From an uncultured virus (IMG/VR IMGVR_UViG_3300028498_000018) (Duplodnaviria > Heunggongvirae > Uroviricota > Caudoviricetes), in the IMG/VR virus record IMGVR_UViG_3300028498_000018: DNA of 20,000 nucleotides. One strand, given 5' to 3'. A program made the translations under genes and the position numbers. Of this stretch, positions 1 to 7,683 are shown one piece after another. Positions within the stretch are counted from its first letter, which is position 1. The number at the start of each line of letters is the position of its first letter. Below the pieces are notes generated by a model, which searched no databases, had not been told where the DNA came from, and saw only the letters and a list, made by a program, of their open reading frames with translations.

Positions 1-145
1 TAACCCGGTGGTCCCGCGCTTGAAGAAACAAGGTGTAGACGCTACTGCCTAACGGGCAGTTAGGCTGCTCCAGCTCCTTCTCTAGCTGGGCTGTCAGCCC
101 GAAGGACCCAGCAGTGATCTTGGAGATGTTGAGTTCGTCAGCCAT
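1..145 (-). CDS. N-terminus of a gene running off the window; probable portal protein
   Basis: ATG at 145 (minus strand) opens a frame with no stop to position 1 (MADELNISKITAGSFGLTAQLEKELEQPNCPLGSSVYTLFLQARDHRV). It lies directly downstream of terL, the usual portal position. Product inferred from synteny. Confidence 0.5.
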   Translation of the reverse strand, partial: MADELNISKITAGSFGLTAQLEKELEQPNCPLGSSVYTLFLQARDHRV

Positions 146-178
146 AAAAGGGATAATACTAGATGTGTTGGTTAAAGG

Positions 179-1774
179 TCAAACCAGAGGGCCGGTGCTA
201 AAGTCCTCCCTCTGCTGGCGCACCGGGCCGCCGGCCTGGCGCATCTCGTTGTACTGCCGGTCAATCTCAGAAACGCCCGCGGCCGCCCACGTTACTAGGT
301 ACTGAGCTCCGTCCTGGACATGGGAGAACTCATTTTTCTCAGCGTCCGGCAGCATCTTGTAGTGTTCGGTGTTCTTGATCTTGTCCCGGTTGTAGCGGCC
401 CCGAAACCCGCCGATCAGCCACGTACACTCCTTGGCCACCAGCAGTTGCCGGGTGATCAGGGCCTTCTTAACCGCCCCCTGCCGCTTGACCGGATCGTTG
501 GTTGGCGCATACACCGTCTTGAACCCGCGCTTCATCAGCATCTTCCGCGTGGTGTTGCCGGTGCGGTCCAAGCCGTCGGCCGGGTCGAGTATGACGATCA
601 GGTCCTTCTTGTCGTACCCCTTGAGGTTGTTGAACGGGATGAACACGTCCTCGATGAAGTCCTCGACAATACACTCGCCGATGTAGAGCTCGTGCAGAAA
701 CACCATACCGTTGACCACAGACTGGCCGTAGACCATCGCGGGGTGGATACCTGAGTGGTCGAACCCAACCGATATGCGCCGGCCGGCCACAGCCACCAGA
801 GAGGTTTTAGCAATGTGATACTCGTCGGCCCATTCCGGGTATACGGGTTTACCCTCTTGGTTCGTGCCGTATTCACCGAACACGTCAACCTTCAGCTTGC
901 CGCCAGTGCCGGGGCGTTGCAGCAAGTCACGCGCCTTGTTGACCCAGTAGTCGTAGCCAGACGGCTGCTTCTCAGCGTAGTCTGCCAGCGGGTTAGGCTC
1001 AACGTCAATGATCGTACCCTCTGCGTCGAGGATCGGTAGCACTGGGGGCGGGTAGGCGTAGAACTTCCACGCGTCGGGGCGCTGGCCCATCTCCAACTTG
1101 TAGAGCCAGTGCAGGTCATCTGGTGGGTTGAAGTCCGAGTAGATCATCTTCTGGCCCATGTACGAGTTGGACGTCTTCGAGCCAAACTCATCGCGTGTCG
1201 CCAGAGGGTACCGGCCCAGTCGGTCGTCCACCTCGTCGACAATCCACGGCCCATCGTAATACTGGATCTCGTTGATGATCGCGCACGTCGCCTCAAACGA
1301 ACGCAGCTTCGAAGCATCCTCTCGAGAGGCCACACCCATGAACACCCACTCAATTAAGACAGTGCGCTCCACGCCGTCAACCTCGCCCACGAACGGCACG
1401 TCCTTGATCACGATCGGGTACAACATGGATGTCAGGTCATCAGTCACCGCGCTGAACCACATGCGAAACGACGCCAAGATTGTCGACTTCAGTTTCGTCT
1501 GGTCCTGCCGCACGACCAACACTCGCGCCCGTCCCGGCTTCCCCTTCTTGCTCATTGGGACCACACGCAGGCAGAACTCCGCCGCGCCAAAGATCGCAGT
1601 GACCGTCTTACCAGTACCCACTGATGAGCGCATGAGCTTCACCCGCGGCCCGTCATCGTCGAGAATCTTCCGTGAGAAATTGTCCTCGATATAGATGACC
1701 TCTTCGTCTTTACCCTCTATCTCCTGCTCCTGCTCTTCAGGGTCGCTCTCGATATACAACTTATCATCAATCAT
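179..1774 (-). CDS. terL: Phage terminase large subunit (~531 aa)
   Basis: Walker A SSVGTGKT, Walker B AIINE, coupling-motif region DFNPP, RNase H-like nuclease acidic motifs GFDHSG, LDPA and SHVQDGAQY. Start placed at MIDDK (1774), which overlaps the upstream stop; the 1909 start adds an implausible extension overlapping another ORF. Confidence 0.92.
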   Translation of the reverse strand: MIDDKLYIESDPEEQEQEIEGKDEEVIYIEDNFSRKILDDDGPRVKLMRSSVGTGKTVTAIFGAAEFCLRVVPMSKKGKPGRARVLVVRQDQTKLKSTILASFRMWFSAVTDDLTSMLYPIVIKDVPFVGEVDGVERTVLIEWVFMGVASREDASKLRSFEATCAIINEIQYYDGPWIVDEVDDRLGRYPLATRDEFGSKTSNSYMGQKMIYSDFNPPDDLHWLYKLEMGQRPDAWKFYAYPPPVLPILDAEGTIIDVEPNPLADYAEKQPSGYDYWVNKARDLLQRPGTGGKLKVDVFGEYGTNQEGKPVYPEWADEYHIAKTSLVAVAGRRISVGFDHSGIHPAMVYGQSVVNGMVFLHELYIGECIVEDFIEDVFIPFNNLKGYDKKDLIVILDPADGLDRTGNTTRKMLMKRGFKTVYAPTNDPVKRQGAVKKALITRQLLVAKECTWLIGGFRGRYNRDKIKNTEHYKMLPDAEKNEFSHVQDGAQYLVTWAAAGVSEIDRQYNEMRQAGGPVRQQREDFSTGPLV

Positions 1775-1955
1775 CGTGGGCCTGTATTTCATACTCAATA
1801 GGGGGCAGCATCTCAACGACTGCTGGCTCGGGCTTGGCCGCGTGGGCCGGAAGACCTCTGCGTCGCCGCTCGTCTTTCGCCATTGTCGCCCTGTCCTTGT
1901 AGAACCCACAGCGCTTGTGGGCTGCGGTCTCCTGCTCGCTCATGGGGTACAGCAT
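1767..1955 (-). CDS. Hypothetical protein (62 aa)
   Basis: Fills the gap exactly: TGATG overlap with the upstream gene and an 8-nt overlap with the terL start. Confidence 0.5.
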   Translation of the reverse strand: MLYPMSEQETAAHKRCGFYKDRATMAKDERRRRGLPAHAAKPEPAVVEMLPPIEYEIQAHDD

Positions 1956-3106
1956 CAGCCGCCTCGTTTCTGTTTGTACAGCTCAAGGGCTATGCGCCGC
2001 TTCTCCAGCCGGATCGTGGCCCGCTCCTCTTTAGTCAGTGGGGGCAAGATCGGTTTCGGCTCTTTTCTGGGCCGCTCGTCTGGCAGCGGTTTACTAAACG
2101 CTTTGGGCAAGGGCTTGATCGAGACCAGAGGCGGGGGAATAGGAGCAACTAGCTCGGGGCTTTCGACCTGCTCGCCCATGACAAAGCCTTCGTTCCGGCT
2201 GGCCCGGATCGCTTTCAACTCGGACGAGTCAACGGATACGCCTTTATGGACAGTCACGCCCGTGGCCGCTAACGGAATATTAACGCTGTCTGCGTGGGGG
2301 GTCACCGAAGGTTTGTTGTTCTTCCGCGTTGAGGCCCAGTGCTCCTCGCCTGTTGGCGTCTCATATGGAGCTGCGTCGCCCTCGTTGGTCGGCATCTCGA
2401 TCTCGCCAATCTGGGGCACCAGCTCCAAGAGCTCTGTCAAGTCGTAGTCTGCCACGTAGCCTGGGATGTAGTCGAGCCGATCTCGCAGCACGTCCTCCAG
2501 CAGCCGTTGCGCCATCACCGGGAGAGCAGCGACTCGAACCTCTAACTCGATCGGGGTAACGCTCACGATGACCGGCACAGGCTCGTCGTCTATCTCCTCG
2601 TCAGAAAGCATTTCGATGAATGGCTCGCGCTGCGCCTCAGTGGTCTTTGGTCCTATGCGCCGAGCAACTTCTTCGTTGATCCTTTCCTGTGAGGAGGGCA
2701 CTCGCCCGCCGATAACCTTTGGCCCCAGCGGGGTCTGCGCCGTTGGCGACTCACCCACTATCTGGCTGGCTCGGGTCTTAACCGCACGGATGTAGATGCT
2801 CTTGGTGCCGGTTTTCTTCTTGCTTGAGGACTCCTCGCCGAACGACTTGGCCAGCTGGGTGCAGTTCTCCATGATCAGCTTGCAGGTGTTCAGGTGTGTT
2901 GGTATCCTGTACGCCTCGGACGAATACTTGCTCACCACGGCAATCAACCAGTCGTCGATGAGTCTGCCGCGCTGGTCGTCAGTCAGGCTCCTGATCGCTC
3001 CGATGATCTCGGACAATGGGTGCCCGTCAATCTCGGCCAGGATCGCGCCATCGCGCATCTCCATGAAGATGCGTTGGTTCTGCTCGTTGCTTGTAAGTTC
3101 GGCCAT
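1955..3106 (-). CDS. Hypothetical protein (383 aa) with Pro/Glu-rich C-terminal half; possible atypical terminase small subunit
   Basis: Long ORF in the terminase operon with a helical N-terminal ~110 aa and a low-complexity C-terminal region. TerS suggestion is from position only. Confidence 0.7.
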   Translation of the reverse strand: MAELTSNEQNQRIFMEMRDGAILAEIDGHPLSEIIGAIRSLTDDQRGRLIDDWLIAVVSKYSSEAYRIPTHLNTCKLIMENCTQLAKSFGEESSSKKKTGTKSIYIRAVKTRASQIVGESPTAQTPLGPKVIGGRVPSSQERINEEVARRIGPKTTEAQREPFIEMLSDEEIDDEPVPVIVSVTPIELEVRVAALPVMAQRLLEDVLRDRLDYIPGYVADYDLTELLELVPQIGEIEMPTNEGDAAPYETPTGEEHWASTRKNNKPSVTPHADSVNIPLAATGVTVHKGVSVDSSELKAIRASRNEGFVMGEQVESPELVAPIPPPLVSIKPLPKAFSKPLPDERPRKEPKPILPPLTKEERATIRLEKRRIALELYKQKRGG

Positions 3107-3123
3107 GTTGGGAGTTTATAGTG

Positions 3124-3363
3124 TCACGGCTTTTTGTTGTGGAAGTCGCGCTCCCAGTTCTTGCGCCTCTCAATGATGCGCTGAAGAAGCTCGTAGTCTT
3201 CGCTAGTAGCAAACGTGGAGCTGGTGAACTTTACCTTTGGAAAAAAACCGCCGAAGAACGTGTACACCTGCCGCAGTTCGTAGAACGGAGAGTATCCTTT
3301 GAATGCCCGCTTCGTGATGCGCCATTCGTCGTTGTTAAAAACAATTTCTTCTAACTCAGTCAT
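3124..3363 (-). CDS. Hypothetical protein (79 aa)
   Basis: ATGA overlap with the upstream gene; co-oriented with the packaging operon. Confidence 0.65.
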   Translation of the reverse strand: MTELEEIVFNNDEWRITKRAFKGYSPFYELRQVYTFFGGFFPKVKFTSSTFATSEDYELLQRIIERRKNWERDFHNKKP

Positions 3364-3977
3364 ACGGCCAACTGGGAGATCAAGTGCGTCTTCGTGATTG
3401 CTTTGCGGGCGATCGTCATCCGCCCAGTGGTCTGAAGGTCGTCGTGCGCGTCCGCTACGCTCTGGGCCAATACAATACTGCGGTCGTCTTCGTACACTTT
3501 ATAGCCAACAGACACCACGGTCGCTGGCCCTTGGTGGCCCTTTTGTGTAGCGGCGATGCGCTCCCAGTCCGCAGACGGCTGCCGGCTGTCGTGCCATTCA
3601 ATCATCAGCAGTGGGTACGGCACAAACGTGATGTCGCGCAGAATGTTCTTCGGGGGCACACCGGCCACCTTTGGCCCTAGCAGCTTGTCAATGGTCGGTT
3701 CCAGTTTTGACCACCAGTTGGTTGTCGCTTTGAAGGATTCACCGCCGTCAAACGGGGGCGGGACGGTGCGGGCACCCTCGTCGATATAGTACGTTGCTTT
3801 GCCCGCGGCCTTCATCGATTTTAGCGCTTGAACAATAGAGCTTTGGTCGTGGCTTTGGGGGGCGGCTGTAGCGGGCGATAAGCCCACGCGTTTTTTAAGC
3901 TCGTTTATGCGGTCCGATGCTGCGGTCTCTTCTAGCTGAGTGAGCGCTTCCTTGAACGGGTCTGAGTACGTGTGCAT
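3360..3977 (-). CDS. Hypothetical protein (~205 aa) with a C-terminal conserved phage domain (IEWHDS...W...SVGY...EDDRSIVLAQS...MTI)
   Basis: Start at MHTYSD (3977) follows an RBS-like GAAAGG. The C-terminal pattern resembles a widespread small phage domain of unknown function. Confidence 0.7.
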   Translation of the reverse strand: MHTYSDPFKEALTQLEETAASDRINELKKRVGLSPATAAPQSHDQSSIVQALKSMKAAGKATYYIDEGARTVPPPFDGGESFKATTNWWSKLEPTIDKLLGPKVAGVPPKNILRDITFVPYPLLMIEWHDSRQPSADWERIAATQKGHQGPATVVSVGYKVYEDDRSIVLAQSVADAHDDLQTTGRMTIARKAITKTHLISQLAV

Positions 3978-4087
3978 GGTTGGCCTTTCATTGTGGAGCC
4001 GCATTCTGGCACGGGGCGGCCTGGTTGTCAACGGCTCTGGGGATCGCTGGCCGCGGGCGGTTTCGTTTACAACCTTGTCTGAGGGCC

Positions 4088-4246
4088 TGGAAAAATTTTG
4101 GGGTCTGGGTTTGCACCGGGGGCTTGGAAAAATTTTGGGGGTCTGGGGATAGCCGGGGGCGACGGAGCTGTCGTGTGGAAGAGGTAGGGGTAAGAGGGAC
4201 ACCCCCGCCCCCCTATGCCGCGCCGACTCCCCACACCCCCCGCCCT
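4088..4246. repeat. Direct repeat TGGAAAAATTTTGGGG(G)TCTGGG x2 followed by G tracts then C tracts; pac/cos/terminus-like region
   Basis: Copies at 4088-4109 and 4125-4147. G runs continue to ~4198 and C runs span 4202-4245. Located just upstream of the terminase operon. Confidence 0.6.
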
Positions 4247-4557
4247 CTTCATCGTCGCCGCTCCACACACGATCGACCTGCTTCATGTTAGTAAGGACTC
4301 ACTATGATAAGCCTATGCAAAGCTTGACAAGCCTCAAGGCATAGGGAACGGGTACATTTAGAGGGTTTTAGTGGCCATAGGAGGCTCGCCACGCGATTCT
4401 GTGGAGGGTCAAGCTACCTACCCACCACCCGAAAACCCGAAACGTTGGCAGGGCGCTATTACGCGGCTCCTACGATCTGCCATAGGTGAAGCCATGCGGC
4501 ATAGGCATAAGGTTTGAAGCATAGGGGAACGGCCACGCTATGCGATCAAGGCATAAC
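4212..4557. repeat. Cluster of SCATAGG-like heptamers
   Basis: Plus strand at 4339, 4375, 4480, 4499, 4519, with variants at 4505 and 4551. Minus strand (CCTATGC) at 4212 and 4312. Confidence 0.6.
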
Positions 4558-4559
4558 GT

Positions 4560-5097
4560 CGGAAAACCGCATGTAATAAGGGTTCGAACGTCGGAAAACT
4601 GACGTGATGAAGACATCGCGCGCCACGTTTCAAGGGTCCGGGCGTCAAACCAACCTCAAAATGTTGCACCGCAGCACAAAATCAGGCAAAAACCAAGGTT
4701 GTAAGGAAAGTTCAAACAACCCTAAAACCTCTGTAACAGCGGAAAACTCCGCTCCATGCGGTTTTCCGTTTTCTGTTACGCGATGTTACAAAATGTTGTA
4801 ACAACAAAACTACTGTGCGTTAACCCAGCGTTTCACTCGGAAAACCGCATCCAGCAGTCACAAATTAGACTACCTTATTATTATTATTTGCTCTGTTACA
4901 TGTTACAAACAAAATGTACTGGAGTGTCAGGGTTCGTTTTGTTTTGTTGGTCGTTCCCTCCTTCCATCCTCCTAAAACACCGACGAAAACTTTGTAACAA
5001 GAAAACTCGACTTGTTTTGACGTAAGCCATTGAAACATAAGGGAAATTTTGTTACGCGGGTTTGTAACATCGTGAAACAAAGCGCCGAAAACCGCAT
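4560..5097. repeat. GAAAACCGCAT repeat, 4 copies
   Basis: 4562-4572 (+), 4756-4766 (-), 4840-4850 (+), 5087-5097 (+). In addition AACGTCGGAAAAC occurs at 4555 and 4587. Confidence 0.75.
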
Positions 5098-5143
5098 CCA
5101 CACGTGAGAATTTTGTTACAAAACCAAGCGGCACTTTGTAACA
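4732..5143. promoter_or_regulatory. Array of 11 TGTWAC(A/G) sites with an AT-rich core; putative replication origin/iteron or partition-site array
   Basis: Sites at 4732, 4774, 4784, 4797, 4894, 4901, 4993, 5050, 5063, 5114, 5137. TTATTATTATTATTT at ~4875-4889. IHF-like AAGCCATTGAAA at ~5024. Function inferred. Confidence 0.65.
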
Positions 5144-5247
5144 GGCTGGAAGCCCCTAAAATCAATGGTCCCGGTGCTGAACAGCTCAAGAATCGTTTAG
5201 GACCACGTAGAAACCACGCCAAAATCCACGTTTATTTTCGTTTCTAA

Positions 5248-5288
5248 GGGTTTCCCCTATCAAATCCATCGTTTTGCCGTGAGACATT
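5248..5288 (+). promoter_or_regulatory. Putative activator-dependent promoter, copy 1
   Basis: GGGTTTCCCCTA (5248-5259), 23 nt, GACATT (5283-5288), upstream of the first early gene. Confidence 0.65.
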
Positions 5289-5330
5289 ACATACATCGGC
5301 TCTAAGCCACAACACGAAAGCGAAACGATC

Positions 5331-5684
5331 ATGCAAAAGTTCATCCTCAATATCGGTCACGACACACGTTCAGGCAAGCTGCTTAATGCCGCACGCATCG
5401 CCAAAATCGTTGAGTTGTTCGTGGGTTTCGAAGTCACACAGAAACGCGTGGTTGTTGGCGAATACAACGGCAAAGCGGAGAAAACCAGCGTCATCTTTTG
5501 TCAGACCAAGAACTATGCCGGGAGCGTAGTGTTCAACGCTATATCAGGCGAATGTGATCAGGAGTGTATAGCGGTCGTAGAGCTGGGGAGCCGCGATAAC
5601 TTCGGCTCGACAACCGCCGTGGGTGATCTGTACGGGCACAATCCTAGCGGGTTATCGTTTGACTGGGCACATTTCAGAATCTAG
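5331..5684 (+). CDS. Putative S-adenosylmethionine lyase (SAMase, T3 gp0.3-like) anti-restriction protein
   Basis: VGEYNGKAEKTSVIFC and ECDQECIAV align by eye with T3 SAMase TGCY...EEKTVRVRC and EWEQDCVLV. It is the first gene of the early region, as 0.3 is in T3. Confidence 0.6.
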   Translation: MQKFILNIGHDTRSGKLLNAARIAKIVELFVGFEVTQKRVVVGEYNGKAEKTSVIFCQTKNYAGSVVFNAISGECDQECIAVVELGSRDNFGSTTAVGDLYGHNPSGLSFDWAHFRI

Positions 5685-5686
5685 TC

Positions 5687-5748
5687 AGAATCTTGTTTGT
5701 ATGCCCTACAACGGGCATACAGGCGGCGATTTTGCCGGTTAACGAAAG
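5687..5748 (+). ncRNA. Conserved intergenic RNA hairpin plus RBS tail, copy 1 (RNase III-site-like)
   Basis: AGAATC-TTGTTTGTATGCCC-tacaac-GGGCATACAGGCGG-c-GATTTT, followed by GCCGGTTAACGAAAG. Confidence 0.65.
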
Positions 5749-5754
5749 AATCAT

Positions 5755-5886
5755 ATGTGCGCAAACGATGTTGCTACTTGCTACGCCGTCGTCTTCGGCG
5801 TAGCGTTCCTCCTCGCAAGCTTCGGGGCGACCGTCGGGATTGTGTGGTGTATCTGCGACATCCTGAAAAGCTGTCGCGGCCAATAG
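5755..5886 (+). CDS. Small Cys-rich single-pass membrane protein (43 aa; not in ORF track)
   Basis: MCANDVATCYAVVFGVAFLLASFGATVGIVWCICDILKSCRGQ. Fits exactly between hairpin copies 1 and 2, behind the GAAAG RBS. Confidence 0.7.
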   Translation: MCANDVATCYAVVFGVAFLLASFGATVGIVWCICDILKSCRGQ

Positions 5887-5889
5887 AAC

Positions 5890-5952
5890 AGAATTCTGTC
5901 CGTGCGCCTACATGCTGGGCGCACAGGCGGCGATTTTGCCGGTTAACGAAAG
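5890..5952 (+). ncRNA. Conserved intergenic RNA hairpin plus RBS tail, copy 2
   Basis: AGAATT-CTGTCCGTGCGCCT-acatgct-GGGCGCACAGGCGG-c-GATTTT, followed by GCCGGTTAACGAAAG. Confidence 0.65.
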
Positions 5953-5959
5953 AACCATC

Positions 5960-6301
5960 ATGGCCAACGACATCACAACCACAACGCCGCTTCCTCATCT
6001 AGACCGTGACAACAAACGGGCGATCATCGCGTTCAGGACATCAAAAGCATCGGGAGGCGGACTATACGCGGCCGCGTCCGTGTATTTTCAAGACGGTCAA
6101 TTCATCACGTTTGAAATATTCGGAGATTTTCGGGTCAACGTGAAGCGTGCGCCTGAACTGCGGGCGACGGCGAAGAACATCGCAAACCTTCATGCCGAAG
6201 CGTTCAACGCGGGCGCACAGGCGGCACTTATTGAACAGGCCAACGCTTTTTATGCGAACAAGGCGCAGTCAGACGCGAATCGTGCAAGGGTTGCCGCGTA
6301 G
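5960..6301 (+). CDS. Hypothetical early protein (113 aa)
   Basis: Start MANDIT directly after the repeat's RBS tail. Confidence 0.8.
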   Translation: MANDITTTTPLPHLDRDNKRAIIAFRTSKASGGGLYAAASVYFQDGQFITFEIFGDFRVNVKRAPELRATAKNIANLHAEAFNAGAQAALIEQANAFYANKAQSDANRARVAA

Positions 6302-6341
6302 GGTTTGCCCTAATGACAACACCGGGTCAACGCGCTACTGT
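6301..6341 (+). promoter_or_regulatory. Putative activator-dependent promoter, copy 2
   Basis: GGGTTTGCCCTA (6301-6312) abutting ATGACA-17 nt-TACTGT (6336-6341). Confidence 0.7.
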
Positions 6342-6352
6342 TGACCCCTACA

Positions 6353-6382
6353 CCACACACCACCAGCGGAGAATCTACTATG
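6353..6382 (+). repeat. 30-nt start-associated repeat, copy 1
   Basis: CCACACACCACCAGCGGAGAATCTACTATG; contains GGAG RBS and the start codon. Confidence 0.9.
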
Positions 6383-6655
6383 AACATCATTAGCAACAAC
6401 ACACCACGCGACCTTATTTCATTCGCCGATCTGCCGGCGGACGCACAGGCGGAGTTTGATTACGTCGGCACGGACGAACGCTACGTCTGCCGATTTGCCC
6501 GATATAAGGGCAACTTCTACGACGTGGGCGACATCGCGTGCGCACCGGACAGTTTGCCGGGATGGCACGGCATACAGAACGAGTCCTACTTCAGCGGCGT
6601 GTTGTTTCACCTGTTGCCAAATGAGCGGGTCATCGTCGGCGCTTATTTCAACTAA
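6380..6655 (+). CDS. Hypothetical early protein (91 aa)
   Basis: Starts at the ATG of the repeat (MNIISNN). Confidence 0.85.
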   Translation: MNIISNNTPRDLISFADLPADAQAEFDYVGTDERYVCRFARYKGNFYDVGDIACAPDSLPGWHGIQNESYFSGVLFHLLPNERVIVGAYFN

Positions 6656-6656
6656 T

Positions 6657-6686
6657 CCACACAACACCAGCGGAGAATCTACTATG
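6657..6686 (+). repeat. 30-nt start-associated repeat, copy 2
   Basis: CCACACAACACCAGCGGAGAATCTACTATG; 1 mismatch to copy 1. Confidence 0.9.
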
Positions 6687-7028
6687 AACGAAAACATCGG
6701 TTACCACACGCGCCTATACACCGACAACTCGCAGAAGGTTGTAGGGGGAAGCTTCGGCGGACGGATCGACTCAGAAACCGTGGAGCGCCTAACCAAGGCG
6801 CACTTCTCGGTAGCCATCAAACCTAGCGGCACGGTTGTTTTCGTGGACAAACAAGGTAGGGAAGTGTGGTTGTATCTAACTGTTGACGCGGGATCGACGA
6901 CACAGGGGCGTGCGCTGGCTGTGCAGCACCGCAAGACGGTCGAAGCAGCTCAAGAGCAGCAACGAGTGCGGATCGATGAGCTGCTTGATTCGTTAAGCCC
7001 CGAAGAGATCATTGCTAGGCTGTCGTAA
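6684..7028 (+). CDS. Hypothetical early protein (114 aa)
   Basis: Starts at the ATG of the repeat (MNENIGY). Confidence 0.85.
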   Translation: MNENIGYHTRLYTDNSQKVVGGSFGGRIDSETVERLTKAHFSVAIKPSGTVVFVDKQGREVWLYLTVDAGSTTQGRALAVQHRKTVEAAQEQQRVRIDELLDSLSPEEIIARLS

Positions 7029-7036
7029 TCCCTACG

Positions 7037-7066
7037 CCACACACCACCAGCGGAGAATCTACCATG
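7037..7066 (+). repeat. 30-nt start-associated repeat, copy 3
   Basis: CCACACACCACCAGCGGAGAATCTACCATG; 1 mismatch to copy 1. Confidence 0.9.
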
Positions 7067-7468
7067 AGAACACACGAACTAATCAACAAGGCGGCGGACT
7101 TGATCGAGGCAACGGGCTGGACGCAGGGCGCGGGCGCTCGCGATGCGTACGGGAACTGTTGTTTCGTTAACCCGGGAGCTAATGACCCCGAACCCGTTTG
7201 TTTCTGCGCAAGTGGCGCGATAACCCGCGTGTTCGCTATCGAGCGGCAAGGGTTCACCGCAGGCGGACAGAAACTAGAGTCTCGCGCCCACAAAGCGCTG
7301 AACGCGGCAACGAGTTATCTCGACATCATCGCGTTCAACGACGCGCCGGGGCGCTCCGCCGATGAGGTCGTGGCGGTCCTACGCACGACGGCGGCCAAGC
7401 TTGCGGCGGAGGAAGAGGCGGTGGACGCAGCGCTACTGACTGAATTGCAACAGGGCACTACACAGTGA
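7064..7468 (+). CDS. DUF6197-like phage protein (134 aa)
   Basis: Pattern AADLIEATGWTQG...CASGAI...FNDAPGRSADEVVAVL resembles the DUF6197 family (recognised by eye). Confidence 0.7.
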   Translation: MRTHELINKAADLIEATGWTQGAGARDAYGNCCFVNPGANDPEPVCFCASGAITRVFAIERQGFTAGGQKLESRAHKALNAATSYLDIIAFNDAPGRSADEVVAVLRTTAAKLAAEEEAVDAALLTELQQGTTQ

Positions 7469-7683
7469 AGCCTAGAAACGCAAGCACAATCAGCGACGGG
7501 GCACTGCGGACTCTCCTTAGAGGGTTTGCGCTGCTCCTTAATGTGGAGATAACAGAGACCCCGGATAAGGTCGTTGTAATCGAAACGCATCTGCGGCGGG
7601 GCGTCATAGTCACGCTAACGGCGCAGCGACGGGGCAACGTGTGGGACATCGAGGTTGTAGTCGTGCCCCTGAAAGACATCTAG
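7465..7683 (+). CDS. Hypothetical protein (72 aa)
   Basis: GTGA overlap with the upstream gene; ends immediately before hairpin copy 3. Confidence 0.65.
   Translation: MKPRNASTISDGALRTLLRGFALLLNVEITETPDKVVVIETHLRRGVIVTLTAQRRGNVWDIEVVVVPLKDI

Noticed and set aside
3978..4286. N-terminal 103 aa of the 308-aa ORF in the track
   Set aside because: It translates the G/C-tract repeats into Pro/Gly-rich sequence; a better RBS-linked start exists at 3977.
4324..4352. Perfect TTGACA as a sigma70 promoter
   Set aside because: No -10 hexamer at 16-18 nt spacing.
4604..5134. Short ORFs in the intergenic region
   Set aside because: They overlap the repeat arrays, lack clear RBSs and have no protein-like features.
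6353..7066. 30-nt repeats as a CRISPR array
   Set aside because: The intervals are ~270-350 nt whole genes, the repeats contain RBS+ATG, and there are no cas genes.
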